From: Bdellovibrionales bacterium
GTDB taxonomy: Bacteria > Bdellovibrionota > Bdellovibrionia > Bdellovibrionales > UBA1609
Length of the DNA stretch: 64,000 nucleotides
NCBI GenBank assembly: GCA_965261545.1
Contig: CBDHDF010000007.1
Coordinates: 512,001 to 576,000 of the forward strand
Reading direction: 5' to 3'
Part shown: piece after piece, positions 39,924-50,275 of the stretch
Layout: the number at the start of each line of letters is the position of its first letter
Position numbering within the stretch: the first letter of the stretch is position 1
Position numbers and translations under genes: made by a program
Notes under the pieces: model-generated
Database searches by the model: none
What the model saw: the letters and a program-made list of their open reading frames with translations, nothing else
Told to the model about the DNA's origin: nothing

Positions 39924-41158
39924 GGCTCCTCCTTGGAAAGTTGATTCTTTTGATCAGGATTTGCTAAAGGGTCGGCCAGATAATCAACAAAATCAACCAG
40001 AGAGTCAACCTGACATATATTTTCAAACTCAAACTCCCTGGTGTCATTGGAACTCAATATTTTTTGGGTTACAAAATAGCTAGTAACTCCAGTGAAATCA
40101 TGTTTACCCTCATACTTTTTACAAAGAGTTTTGGCTTTGTGAAAGTTCAATAGGGGGTGACAGGAACTCATGGATCCACTTTCATGAGTGCTAATAATGG
40201 ACTGTTTAAAGTGGATAAAGTTATATTGCTCACAATGAATGTTTGCGCTGTAAGAGCTCAAACGTAGAGGGAATTTTTTAGGTAAAATGGTTTCACTCCA
40301 TAGGGGTAAGATTTGGATAACACCAAAAATAAACATGGTGGAAAGAGTCCACCATGGATGAGTTTCTGTCCCCCTATAGAAGGGTTGATAAATATAATCT
40401 CGACCCTTTGCCTTTTCTTCGTAAAAGTTGATGGCGAGATAAAGCAGGCACAACATTTGAATAGATGCCACAAAGGGTGAAATGTATATCCAATAGAATA
40501 GGTGATAAGAAGCAAAAAGAAAGAAACTGAGGAGAAATTTCTTTGACCTCTTGGAAATCAATCCAAAGGGAAGTGTCAACTCAATGGCCACACAGGCTGC
40601 GGCAACCCACTCCACAGCTTTTATGGGCCAATCTGTAAGATGAATCGAAAGCCAAGATCCAGTAAACCAATCAGATTGAATCTTAAGCATTCCAGAGGCA
40701 AAGTACATAGAAATAATGAGAGTTGTGATCGTGTTTTTCTTATGTGGTACAAAGAAGAAGCAAAATTCAATAAAAAATAAGAAGCAATGAATATTATCTG
40801 CCAATGTGTTATCGCTTAAGTAGAAAACCCATTTTGTTGTAAAACTTATTAGCAAAAGCCACCACCCAATGACCATGGTGAACCTGAAGCAAAGTAGAAA
40901 AAGAGCGAGAAGAGCAAGAACTCCATAGGCTGTAGTGATGTGGTGAGTGTAGGGGGAGAAAAAAGTTTGCCAGTTTTCACAAAAAGGTAGGAGACTCCAA
41001 CAAATAGGAGCTTCCTGTGGGCTGGTAGAGGACCACTGAGACCACTGGGACCATTGGAGAGCTGTCACAAAATGGATAAAGCTAAGAAATATCCCCAAAG
41101 TAGTGAGAGATTTGGAACTCTTTATTTCTTCGTGGTGGGGTTTAAGCCATTGTATCAT
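39920..41158 (-). CDS. multi-pass membrane protein (HTTM-like)
   Basis: Many hydrophobic segments; YFASGMLK...W..G motif. Confidence 0.65.
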   Translation of the reverse strand: MIQWLKPHHEEIKSSKSLTTLGIFLSFIHFVTALQWSQWSQWSSTSPQEAPICWSLLPFCENWQTFFSPYTHHITTAYGVLALLALFLLCFRFTMVIGWWLLLISFTTKWVFYLSDNTLADNIHCFLFFIEFCFFFVPHKKNTITTLIISMYFASGMLKIQSDWFTGSWLSIHLTDWPIKAVEWVAAACVAIELTLPFGLISKRSKKFLLSFFLFASYHLFYWIYISPFVASIQMLCLLYLAINFYEEKAKGRDYIYQPFYRGTETHPWWTLSTMFIFGVIQILPLWSETILPKKFPLRLSSYSANIHCEQYNFIHFKQSIISTHESGSMSSCHPLLNFHKAKTLCKKYEGKHDFTGVTSYFVTQKILSSNDTREFEFENICQVDSLVDFVDYLADPLANPDQKNQLSKEEP

Positions 41159-41712
41159 GCCGGAGTTCCTTGGGTTCGTCGGTAATCAAGAGCGTAATCC
41201 AAAGCTGAGAGTAGGCTGAGAAAAACGGTTCCCCATAGGATGATATAGCTCAGCATTTCGAGCCAGGACGAACCTATGTGTTTTCCAAAAAGCATAAGGG
41301 GCACGGCGATCATTTGAATGGCTGTCTTAGCTTTTCCCATGGACTTGGCAGCAATGACAATGTGGTTGGCCGCAGCCACAGAGCGGAGACCACCAATGAG
41401 AATATCTCGGGAGATGATAATAAAAATCATAAAAATATCAACAGAACCCAACTCATGGAGACATAAGAGAGCGGATAGCATTAAAATTTTGTCGGCAATG
41501 GCATCCATAAATTTACCTAAGTTACTTTCACAGTTGTAAATGCGAGCGTAGTGGCCATCCAGCCAATCTGTGGAAGCAGCCACAATAAACAAACACATAC
41601 CGAAGAGAAACCGGTGGGGAAGCCCCTCGTGAAGTATCATAAATAAAAAGGGGGCGAGTATCATACGCGTGTAGGTGATCCACATAGGTAGTGAACTTTT
41701 ATAATCACTCAT
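41155..41712 (-). CDS. pgsA: CDP-diacylglycerol--glycerol-3-phosphate 3-phosphatidyltransferase
   Basis: DWLDGHYAR...GKFMDAIADK motif. Confidence 0.93.
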   Translation of the reverse strand: MSDYKSSLPMWITYTRMILAPFLFMILHEGLPHRFLFGMCLFIVAASTDWLDGHYARIYNCESNLGKFMDAIADKILMLSALLCLHELGSVDIFMIFIIISRDILIGGLRSVAAANHIVIAAKSMGKAKTAIQMIAVPLMLFGKHIGSSWLEMLSYIILWGTVFLSLLSALDYALDYRRTQGTPA

Positions 41713-41752
41713 CGTATCCCTTTCTACGCAATATTCTGTACCATGACCACAT

Positions 41753-41828
41753 ATGAGCTATGATTTATCACATGAGCTATGACAATTCACAAGAACTATA
41801 ACAATCACAAGAGCTTATGACAATTCAC
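41753..41828 (+). repeat. four degenerate ~19-bp tandem repeats
   Basis: Consensus AwGAGCTATGACAATTCAC. Confidence 0.75.
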
Positions 41829-41927
41829 AGGAACCCACATCATTATACTGTCAAAGACGGTGGAAATGTCAAAGGAAGGGATTGAAGGGGTGAGTGAAGT
41901 ATGTCATGATCTCATGGAATCAGATCA

Positions 41928-42914
41928 TTGGAGGTTAGCAAAGTGGATCGTAATTTAGCTCTTGAATTAGTGAGAGTGACAGAGGCCGCAGCTTTAGCGA
42001 GCGCAAGGTATATGGGGCGAGGTGATGAAACTGCGGCTGACCAAGCGGCTGTGGATGCCATGCGCAGAGCCTTTCAGAAGGTCTATATCAATGGCACTGT
42101 CGTGATTGGAGAGGGAGAGCGAGATCAGGCCCCTATGCTTTATATTGGAGAAAAGGTGGGTTTGGGAGGAGAATTATCTCCTGAAGTCGATATTGCCTTA
42201 GACCCCTTGGAGGGCACCACGATGTGTGCCAAGGGTGAAGTGGGTGCCATTTCAGTGATTGCTGTTGCCAAAAAAGGAGGCTTTCTTCATGCTCCCGATA
42301 TCTACATGGGTAAAATGGCCTGTGGCCCTCGTTGTAAGAACCACCTTAGCTTTGAAAAATCTCCTGCAAAGAATATTCAAACCGTGAGCGAGGTGTTGGA
42401 CAAACCTCTTTCGGATGTGACTGTTGTTATCTTAGATCGCCCTCGTCACAAGACTTTAGTTCAGGAGGTTCGAAAAACAGGGGCCCGCATTCGCTTTGTA
42501 AATGATGGGGATGTCTCTGCGGGAATTGCCACTTGCGGAGATCGATCTGGTGTGGATTTACTTTTAGGTATTGGGGGGGCTCCTGAGGGTGTTATCACCG
42601 CAGCAGCTATAAAGTGTTTGGGAGGTGACTTTCAAGGTCAGTTGGTTTTTTCCAAGGACGAAGAAAAAGAACGAGCTCTTCAAATGGGTATTCAAGATTT
42701 AAACAAAGTTTACACCATGGAAGAATTGGCCCATGGCCACGTTATGTTTTGTGGCACAGGTGTGACCGATGGGCCTCTGCTCAAAGGCGTGAGGACGATT
42801 CATAGCCATCGAGCCCAGACTCATTCCATTGTGATGCGCTCAGAAACTGGGACCACCAGGAATATTGAAGCGGAACACAACTTTAATATCAAGCCTCTTA
42901 TTGAGACTTTTTAA
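41928..42914 (+). CDS. glpX: class II fructose-1,6-bisphosphatase
   Basis: VIGEGERD, DPLEGT and GIGGAPEGV motifs; true start may be the GTG a few codons in. Confidence 0.96.
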   Translation: MEVSKVDRNLALELVRVTEAAALASARYMGRGDETAADQAAVDAMRRAFQKVYINGTVVIGEGERDQAPMLYIGEKVGLGGELSPEVDIALDPLEGTTMCAKGEVGAISVIAVAKKGGFLHAPDIYMGKMACGPRCKNHLSFEKSPAKNIQTVSEVLDKPLSDVTVVILDRPRHKTLVQEVRKTGARIRFVNDGDVSAGIATCGDRSGVDLLLGIGGAPEGVITAAAIKCLGGDFQGQLVFSKDEEKERALQMGIQDLNKVYTMEELAHGHVMFCGTGVTDGPLLKGVRTIHSHRAQTHSIVMRSETGTTRNIEAEHNFNIKPLIETF

Positions 42915-43102
42915 ATACTTGGACACCTTTTAAATTAAGTACTTATTTTTCTGATTAGGCCTTTAACTCCGGAAATTCACAGGATTAGCTTTAATATAGG
43001 TATATAAAAGGCGGTCAAAAACCTGAGTAGGCCAATATCTTCGCTTAAACCCAATCCTTACAATTCTAAACTACTGCCACCATCTTTCGGCGAGAATTGC
43101 TG

Positions 43103-43222
43103 TGACATGATTAATGTTATACCTATGCTTTTGAGGAGATGGCAATTTCTTAATCAAACTGAGGGCCTTCTCAGGCAATAATCAAGACTTAAGTCCTATG
43201 CCTAGTAACTTTGGATTTCAGG
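43103..43222 (-). mobile_element. degenerate remnant of the IS1634 type A left end
   Basis: Similar to 31352-31477 with multiple substitutions. Confidence 0.7.
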
Positions 43223-43362
43223 GTTGAACTTCAACCATTCCTCTCTTTACAGGGTTGCCAAAGCCATCTGGGAAATGAGTCAATACGGCCTCCCCATCCA
43301 CGCCCATGAATGTTATGTATAAAAATAGAATTTATTAATAAATCCAGTATTATTAAATCTGC

Positions 43363-43887
43363 TTAAATACCTGCCTCGTGACGCTCTTTGTCATCCACGA
43401 GGCTGAGGATGCCTCCCTTGAGGTTGGGGCGATAGGCTAAGTAACGAATATCGTAGTTAAAGTCATTTCCATGGAGCCCAGGGGTTTGCCACTCAGGCCC
43501 CATTCGGATGGCATCCACAGGGCAAGCCTCCTCACAGAATCCACAATAGACACATCGGAGGATATCGATGTCATAACGGATGGGATATTTCTCCACGGAG
43601 GGGTCATCGTGTTCGGCGGCCGTGATGGTAATGCACTGGGCGGGGCAGTGGGTGGCACATAGCATGCAAGCCGTGCAACGAATGGAGCCATCTTTTTTCA
43701 CAGTTAAGATATGGTTGCCTTTAAAGCGAGGACCGTAGTTATACTTTTCCTCGGGATAATTGAGAGTGGGCATTTTTTTTCGGTGAAAGAAGTTTTTAAT
43801 AAGCTTGCCCATGGTGAGCCTAAGTCCCTGGACAATTCCTGGGAAATACCAAAGGGAGGAAGCTGATTTTCTTTTGACCGCACTCAT
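43363..43887 (-). CDS. nuoI: NADH-quinone oxidoreductase subunit I
   Basis: Two 4Fe-4S motifs, CTACMLCATHCP and CVYCGFCEEACP. Confidence 0.95.
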   Translation of the reverse strand: MSAVKRKSASSLWYFPGIVQGLRLTMGKLIKNFFHRKKMPTLNYPEEKYNYGPRFKGNHILTVKKDGSIRCTACMLCATHCPAQCITITAAEHDDPSVEKYPIRYDIDILRCVYCGFCEEACPVDAIRMGPEWQTPGLHGNDFNYDIRYLAYRPNLKGGILSLVDDKERHEAGI

Positions 43888-43917
43888 ATTAGATCCTTTC
43901 TCATATTATATCCTTTT

Positions 43918-45627
43918 TTATATTGTGTCCTTTCTGTGGACAAATTCATTAGAAATGGGAGTGGTTTGAAGATAAGGGGGAAAACTTAGCTCCCGGCCTC
44001 CAAGGAGTTGGCTAGCTTCACTGAGAGTGAGGGCACCTGCCACAACAGTGGTGATCGCTTTGATTTTCTGGTGGCGTCCTTCAAAGTTTATAAAAGTTCC
44101 CTCCTTTTCCACAAAGGTTTTCATGGGAATTTGCCATGTTTTTGATAAAACTTGAGAAACCTTATCCCTAGAAATCTCAGCCCTAGAAACCACATCTATA
44201 TCTGTCACAGCATCTGTAGAAGGTTTGTTTGTGGAGGGTAGGGGGGTTGCTGAAAGCCATATCATGGAGTTCGCCTTGGAAAATTCTTTGATTCGGTCAT
44301 TGAGATCGGGAAACACCGAGGGATTTTCAGGTCCAGCAACAATGAGTCCCTTGATTTTTTTGTTTTCTAATTTTGGGGAAAGCTTGGACATATGGGATTT
44401 ATCCCCAGAAAGACCTCTTTCCTCAAGAGCGGATTGAAGCCCCTTGGTATTGGGGTTTTTATCACCACGGAGAAGAAGTCCATCAAACTCATCCCATTGT
44501 TCGGGATTGTTTACCCAGTGGTAAATATTTTGAGATCTGAGTTCGCCTGTAAAAAAATCCAAAATGTCTTTGTACTCCTCAGAGGTGTATTGCCCCGTAA
44601 GGACCAAAGCCAAAGCATCTGACCCTTCTTCTTCCAAGAGCTTGCGAAGCCAAACTCCTGATTCTTTGGCGGCCATTCCACTAGAGAGCTCTGTCCACTG
44701 TGAGTCTCCATGGGGACTCCATTGAGCTTTTGTGAGCCGGTGGTCTTTGTTGACAAACTTATAAACCTCCCGTCCCTTATCGCACATCCAGTGTCCGTTA
44801 ACATCTTGGTTAAAAACGGGTTGGACCCTAAAAAAACCTTCTTTGTTGAAAAAAGTGCGGATATGACAGCCCGTGGAACAGCCGGGGCAAATGGTTTCAG
44901 CATCTTTTAGATACCATACCCTTTGACGAAAACGAAAATCCTTGGAGGTGAGGGCTCCCACAGGGCAAATATCCACCGTGTTGAGAGCATAGTCGTTTTC
45001 TAGGGGGTTATCCTTAAAAGTGCCTATTTCACTACGGTCTCCGCGATTGAAAATTCCTAACTCGTGGGTCTTGGAAACTTCTTCAGTGAATCGAACACAT
45101 CGCGAGCATAAAATACACCTCTCGGTGTCTAAGACAATTTTAGAGCCGAGGTCCACCACCTTGCGTTTTTTGATCTTGGATTCAGCCATTTCGGGGTCGT
45201 ATTGGCCAAATTTCATATATTGTTGCTGGAGGCCACATTCCCCGGCTTGATCGCAAATGGGGCAGTCCAAGGGATGGTTGATAAGGTGAAAGTCCATACC
45301 CCAACGGACAGTTTCTTTGACCTGTTGGCTTTGGTTTGTGATGACCATGCCATCTTTGATTTCTGTGTTGCAGGCAATTTGCAACCGAGGCACTCCCTCA
45401 ATTTCAACCATGCAGAGCCGACAAACTCCCGCGACAGAGAGGCCGGGGTGCCAACAATAGTGGGCAATATCTGTTTCCAATTTTTTATAGGCTTCTATAA
45501 TAGTGGTGCCTGGGCTTACTTCTATGGGGTGGCCGTTGATGGTGCATCCAATAATGGGAGGTATATTAGGCGCAGCCTTAGGTATATTAGGTGCACCAGT
45601 CTTAGGTATGTTAGACACATTAGGCAT
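43918..45627 (-). CDS. nuoG: NADH-quinone oxidoreductase subunit G (short form)
   Basis: HYCWHP, CRLC, HPLDCPICD and CILCSRC motifs. Confidence 0.93.
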   Translation of the reverse strand: MPNVSNIPKTGAPNIPKAAPNIPPIIGCTINGHPIEVSPGTTIIEAYKKLETDIAHYCWHPGLSVAGVCRLCMVEIEGVPRLQIACNTEIKDGMVITNQSQQVKETVRWGMDFHLINHPLDCPICDQAGECGLQQQYMKFGQYDPEMAESKIKKRKVVDLGSKIVLDTERCILCSRCVRFTEEVSKTHELGIFNRGDRSEIGTFKDNPLENDYALNTVDICPVGALTSKDFRFRQRVWYLKDAETICPGCSTGCHIRTFFNKEGFFRVQPVFNQDVNGHWMCDKGREVYKFVNKDHRLTKAQWSPHGDSQWTELSSGMAAKESGVWLRKLLEEEGSDALALVLTGQYTSEEYKDILDFFTGELRSQNIYHWVNNPEQWDEFDGLLLRGDKNPNTKGLQSALEERGLSGDKSHMSKLSPKLENKKIKGLIVAGPENPSVFPDLNDRIKEFSKANSMIWLSATPLPSTNKPSTDAVTDIDVVSRAEISRDKVSQVLSKTWQIPMKTFVEKEGTFINFEGRHQKIKAITTVVAGALTLSEASQLLGGRELSFPPYLQTTPISNEFVHRKDTI

Positions 45628-46921
45628 TGAAAATATCTCCTCGGGTCGTCGATTTGACTTGGGATCGCCCCTCTTTCACAAAATATTCAAACTCATGGCG
45701 AAACTTTTGCACAAAACTCAAAGCGGGAAGAGCTGCCGCATCGGAAAGGGCACAAATGGTTTTTCCCATCATGTGATTGGATATTTTTTCAATAAGGTCA
45801 AGGTCTTGAAGTCGTCCCTCTCCGTTGACAATGCTTGTGACCACTTTGTGAAGCCATCCTGTTCCTTCCCGGCAAGGAGTGCATTGGCCACAGGATTCGT
45901 GGTGGTAAAAGTGCATCAACACTTTAAGGAGATCCACCATGCAATTAGAGTCGTCAATGACAATGATAGCTCCAGAGCCCAACATACTTCCCATATCCTG
46001 GAGACACTCGTAATCCATGGTGGCTTTCATGGATTCTTCGTAGGTGAGCACAGGAGCTGAAGATCCCCCTGGAATCACGGCTTTCAGTTTTCGTCCAGGT
46101 TTCATTCCCCCACATTCTTTTTCAATCAGGTCTTTGAGTGGGTAACCCAAGGGGACTTCGTAGTTGCCAGGTTTGACCACGCTGCCACTGACAGAAAAAA
46201 GCTTTGTCCCCGCCGATTTTTCAGTCCCTATTTTTTTGTAGACCGAGGCTCCATCTCGTATGATGTATTTGACTGCTGCTAAGGTTTCCACATTGTTAAT
46301 AATGGTGGGTTGCCCCAAGTAGCCCTTAATGGCTGGGAAGGGAGGTTTGAGTTTGGGTTGTCCCTTTTTTCCTTCAAGAGATGATAAAAGCCCCGTTTCC
46401 TCACCACATATATAGGCGCCGGCCCCACTGTATACATCCATATCGTGGTCAAAGCCACTGTCGAGAATATTTTTTCCTAAAAAACCTGCTTCGTAAGCTT
46501 CACCAATGGCTTTTTTCACAACTTTCAGGGGTTTTTGAAATTCTCCACGAATGTAAATATAGGATTTGTGGGAGTGAATGGCAAAAGCGGAGATAATCAT
46601 GCCCTCAATCAACTGGTGAGGGGCTCTTTCCATCATCATTCGATCCTTAAAAGTTCCAGGCTCTCCCTCGTCGGCATTGCAGATAAGATATCTATAGGTT
46701 CCATTTTTGGCGATGGGAGGAAGAAAGTTCCACTTGACCCCCGTGGGAAAGCCAGCCCCACCACGACCTCGAAGTCCCGAAGCTTTCACCTCGTCAATGA
46801 TACTTTGGGGATCCATTTTGAGAGCTTGGGCAAGGACTTTGTATCCATCATATTTTTGATAGCCCTGGAGTTCGCAGAATTCAGTTTTGTCGTAGTACTT
46901 TGAAAGTAGTTTATGTTCCAC
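45620..46921 (-). CDS. nuoF: NADH-quinone oxidoreductase subunit F
   Basis: GRGGAGF, GAGAYICGEET and ESCGQCTPCREG motifs. Confidence 0.97.
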   Translation of the reverse strand: MEHKLLSKYYDKTEFCELQGYQKYDGYKVLAQALKMDPQSIIDEVKASGLRGRGGAGFPTGVKWNFLPPIAKNGTYRYLICNADEGEPGTFKDRMMMERAPHQLIEGMIISAFAIHSHKSYIYIRGEFQKPLKVVKKAIGEAYEAGFLGKNILDSGFDHDMDVYSGAGAYICGEETGLLSSLEGKKGQPKLKPPFPAIKGYLGQPTIINNVETLAAVKYIIRDGASVYKKIGTEKSAGTKLFSVSGSVVKPGNYEVPLGYPLKDLIEKECGGMKPGRKLKAVIPGGSSAPVLTYEESMKATMDYECLQDMGSMLGSGAIIVIDDSNCMVDLLKVLMHFYHHESCGQCTPCREGTGWLHKVVTSIVNGEGRLQDLDLIEKISNHMMGKTICALSDAAALPALSFVQKFRHEFEYFVKEGRSQVKSTTRGDIFNA

Positions 46922-47005
46922 TTTTATGCTCCAGTTTATGTTCCATTTTTAGGCTCCTTATGCCCTTTTAGTTTCTTTTTATGTCCATATTAGTGCACTA
47001 TGTCA

Positions 47006-47482
47006 TCATTGACGCATGGATTCCAGCAGTTCCACAGCCTTTTCATGGGTGAGGTTTTCATGGTAGTCATCGTTGACCTGCATCATAGGAGCGGTGTCAC
47101 AAGAAGCTAGGCACTCGACCTGAGAAACCTTAATAAAGCCATCTTTGCTGACTTCACCCAATTTCACTCCATATTTTTGGCAGATATGGTAGGTGAGTTC
47201 GCGCCCTCCATTCATGGCGCAGGAAATATTGGTACACACTTGAACATGAACCTTTCCCACGGGCTGGGTGTTGAACATGGTGTAGAAGTTGAGAACTTCT
47301 TGGATCCATGCCGAGGGAATATCCATAAACTGACTGAGGGCTTCCACACACTCAGGACTGACCCACCCCCCATGGTCTTTTTGCACCCGAAAGAGGCTAG
47401 GGATAATTGCCGAACGCTTGGTCTCATAACGATTCATTTCACTTTTGATAAATTGAGCTGTTTCATCGGAAATTTTAAACAT
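47006..47482 (-). CDS. nuoE: NADH-quinone oxidoreductase subunit E
   Basis: CTNISC and ECLASC motifs. Confidence 0.95.
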   Translation of the reverse strand: MFKISDETAQFIKSEMNRYETKRSAIIPSLFRVQKDHGGWVSPECVEALSQFMDIPSAWIQEVLNFYTMFNTQPVGKVHVQVCTNISCAMNGGRELTYHICQKYGVKLGEVSKDGFIKVSQVECLASCDTAPMMQVNDDYHENLTHEKAVELLESMRQ

Positions 47483-47565
47483 ATTCTTTTTTCACCTCTC
47501 GGTCTTTTCGATTTGTTTTCTTCAGCAACCCAGTGCGCCGTCCACCAATAAGTTCATGCCTCTCT

Positions 47566-49248
47566 TCAGCGATCCAATTCGCCGGCAATCAAGTTCATGC
47601 TTCCCAAAATGGAGATGACATTAGCGACAAGTCCCCCCGTGATTTGGTCGGGAAAGGACTGATAAATGGCAAAGCAGGGAGGGCGCACTTTCAAGCGATA
47701 GGGATTGGCTGTCCCATCACTGACCAAGTAAAAGCCAAGTTCCCCGTTGGCGGCCTCGGTGAAGTCGTAGGTCTCTCCTTCGGGAGGACGCAAGCCGTTG
47801 ATGACCAACATAAAGTGATTCATCAAACCTTCAATGTTACCGTAAACATCTTTTTTCTCAGGTAAAACAATATTTTTGTCGCGAATGGTATAATCGCCAC
47901 CAGGAACATTGTTAGCCACTTGTTCAATAATTTTCAACGATTCTTTCATTTCTTCCACACGCACCAAATAGCGATCAAAAACATCGCCAGAAGTTCCGGT
48001 GGGTATTTTAAAATCCAAAGTTTCATAGCCGTAATAGGGGGCGGCCTTTCGTAGATCCAGGGCCACCCCCGCTGCACGGAGACAGGGTCCTGTGTAGCCC
48101 CAGTCAATGGCTTCATCGGCAGTGATGGCACCCACCCCCTCCGTTCTTTGAATCCATATTTTATTTCCAGAAAGGAGAGTTTCAATTTCTGAAATCCCCA
48201 CATGCATTTCTTTGCAAAACTCCAAAACATTGTTAAACCAACCCTCGGGGGCATCCTGAGCCATTCCTCCCACGCGGGTCATCGAGACAGTCAGACGGGC
48301 ACCACAGAGTTTTTCAAAGAGAGTGTAGACTTTTTCCCGGTAGGTGAAGAGGTGGAAAAAACCTGTCAAAGCACCGAGATCCACGGCATTGGCGGCAATG
48401 CAAACAATATGGTCAATAATTCTTGAAAGCTCACAGAGGATAATTCGCATGGCTTGAGCTCGAATGGGAATCTCCACGCCTAGCATTTTTTCCACGGCTT
48501 TGCAGTAGCCCACGTTATTCATGGGGGCCGAGCAGTAGTTGAGTCGGTCAGTGTAGGGAATCACTTGGTTGTAGGGGTGGGTTTCTGCCATTTTTTCAAA
48601 GCAACGGTGCAAAAAACCCAGTTCCACATTGGCTCTTTTTACAGTTTCACCGTCGAGTTCGCACATGATCCGAAGGGTGCCGTGGGTGGCGGGGTGAGAG
48701 GGGCCAATATTGAGGGGCATCAACTGTTTGTTGGGATTGGGGGTGTAGTTTTCCTCTCCCTCAAAGTGAATGGGAAGGGATTCTGTGCAATGTTGCTGAA
48801 GGTCTGCGGGGTAGTCCTTGCGCAGGGGGTGTCCTTGAAACTGATGGTGGGTTAAAATGCGAGTCATGTTGGGGTGGCCTTCAAACTCAACTCCGAACAT
48901 GTCGTAGACTTCACGCTCAAACCAGTTGGCGGCACGCCAAACGGGAATGGCCGTGGGTACGGTTTCTCCTTCGGCCACAGAGGTTTTGATGCGAACACGC
49001 ATTCCATTTCTCGTTGAAAATAACTCATAGGCCATATCAAAGCGTTGAGGTCGGTGGGGGTAGTCGGTGGCTGTAATATGTAGGAGCATGTCAATTTTTT
49101 TTGTCACCTTGAGGTGCCTGAGAACATCGATGAGCTTGGACTTTTCTACGTAAATGACATCATTTCCGTAGGCATGGGTATATTGGAAAGAATGAGATGG
49201 ATACTTTTGATTTAAATCTTGTTGTATTTGGCCAATCCCACCACTCAT
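47566..49248 (-). CDS. nuoCD: NADH-quinone oxidoreductase fused subunit C/D
   Basis: [25 protein letters not shown] and terminal GELDR. Confidence 0.95.
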   Translation of the reverse strand: MSGGIGQIQQDLNQKYPSHSFQYTHAYGNDVIYVEKSKLIDVLRHLKVTKKIDMLLHITATDYPHRPQRFDMAYELFSTRNGMRVRIKTSVAEGETVPTAIPVWRAANWFEREVYDMFGVEFEGHPNMTRILTHHQFQGHPLRKDYPADLQQHCTESLPIHFEGEENYTPNPNKQLMPLNIGPSHPATHGTLRIMCELDGETVKRANVELGFLHRCFEKMAETHPYNQVIPYTDRLNYCSAPMNNVGYCKAVEKMLGVEIPIRAQAMRIILCELSRIIDHIVCIAANAVDLGALTGFFHLFTYREKVYTLFEKLCGARLTVSMTRVGGMAQDAPEGWFNNVLEFCKEMHVGISEIETLLSGNKIWIQRTEGVGAITADEAIDWGYTGPCLRAAGVALDLRKAAPYYGYETLDFKIPTGTSGDVFDRYLVRVEEMKESLKIIEQVANNVPGGDYTIRDKNIVLPEKKDVYGNIEGLMNHFMLVINGLRPPEGETYDFTEAANGELGFYLVSDGTANPYRLKVRPPCFAIYQSFPDQITGGLVANVISILGSMNLIAGELDR

Positions 49249-49826
49249 TTATGCCCTCCTGCTTTATACCCTTCTGTAGACGCCCCTTTTTCTCTTTTCG
49301 CTGCTTTTTTATACTCTCCAGGGATCCATGTGTCCTTCCAGGGACGGGGAGCTTGGTCGGCAATCATTTTTTGTAAAAGCATCACCCCATCCAATACAGC
49401 CTCAGGGGTGGGGGGGCAACCGGGGACGTAAACATCCACCGGAATCACCTTATCCACACCTTGGAGAACATGATAGGATCGGTAAAAGCCACCAGAGCTA
49501 GCACAGGCTCCCATGGAGATAACGTATTTGGGTTCCAGCATTTGCTCATAAATCCGCAAAATGACGGGGGTCATTTTTTCGGTGATGGTTCCGGCCACAA
49601 TCATCAAGTCCGCTTGTCTCGGAGAAAATCGGACCACCTCAGCTCCAAATCGAGCCAAATCATAGCGAGGTCCCATGATGGACATCATTTCAATACCACA
49701 ACATGCCGTTCCGAAGGGCATGGGCCAAAGAGAATTCTTGCGGCCCCATGCCACAATGGCCTCCAGTTGCGTAGTAAAAGCAAAGGACTGGGATGGTTCG
49801 ACCATATATTTTTGTGTATTCTTCAT
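49245..49826 (-). CDS. nuoB: NADH-quinone oxidoreductase subunit B
   Basis: TACCGIEM and PGCPPTPE motifs. Confidence 0.97.
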   Translation of the reverse strand: MKNTQKYMVEPSQSFAFTTQLEAIVAWGRKNSLWPMPFGTACCGIEMMSIMGPRYDLARFGAEVVRFSPRQADLMIVAGTITEKMTPVILRIYEQMLEPKYVISMGACASSGGFYRSYHVLQGVDKVIPVDVYVPGCPPTPEAVLDGVMLLQKMIADQAPRPWKDTWIPGEYKKAAKREKGASTEGYKAGGHK

Positions 49827-50275
49827 GGCTGCGTATTTCCTTATGAATACTTAATATTTTGTATGGCTTTGTTTTCTTACGACTACGTATTCCTATGACT
49901 GTGTATTTTGTGTGGCTGTGTACTATATAGCTGCGTTTTCTTAATGGCTATACTTTCTATATGGCTGTTGTTCTCCACGATATCTCTTCTTATAAATCAA
50001 CCTATTCCATACAGGAATGAGATTCAAGCTTCTTTGCAATATAAATAGTTATTATGTTCCCCTGTTGAGAAGCTATCACAAAGACTAGTTTTCTTAAGGG
50101 TATCTAGTTTTCCATTGAAAGCAAGCCAAGGCAACTCATAAAATTTCTATAACTTGTAACGACTTCGACCTATGTCATCTTTTCATTAAGAGATGTCATT
50201 TTGAATGGCTGCCTCAAAATGCTTTTCTTTGAATTCATGGCTGGGTGAGTGGTTACCGAAACCTAAGGAGGGGAT

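Noticed and set aside
41753..41828. CRISPR array
   Set aside because: Repeats are contiguous with no unique spacers, and there are no cas genes in the window.
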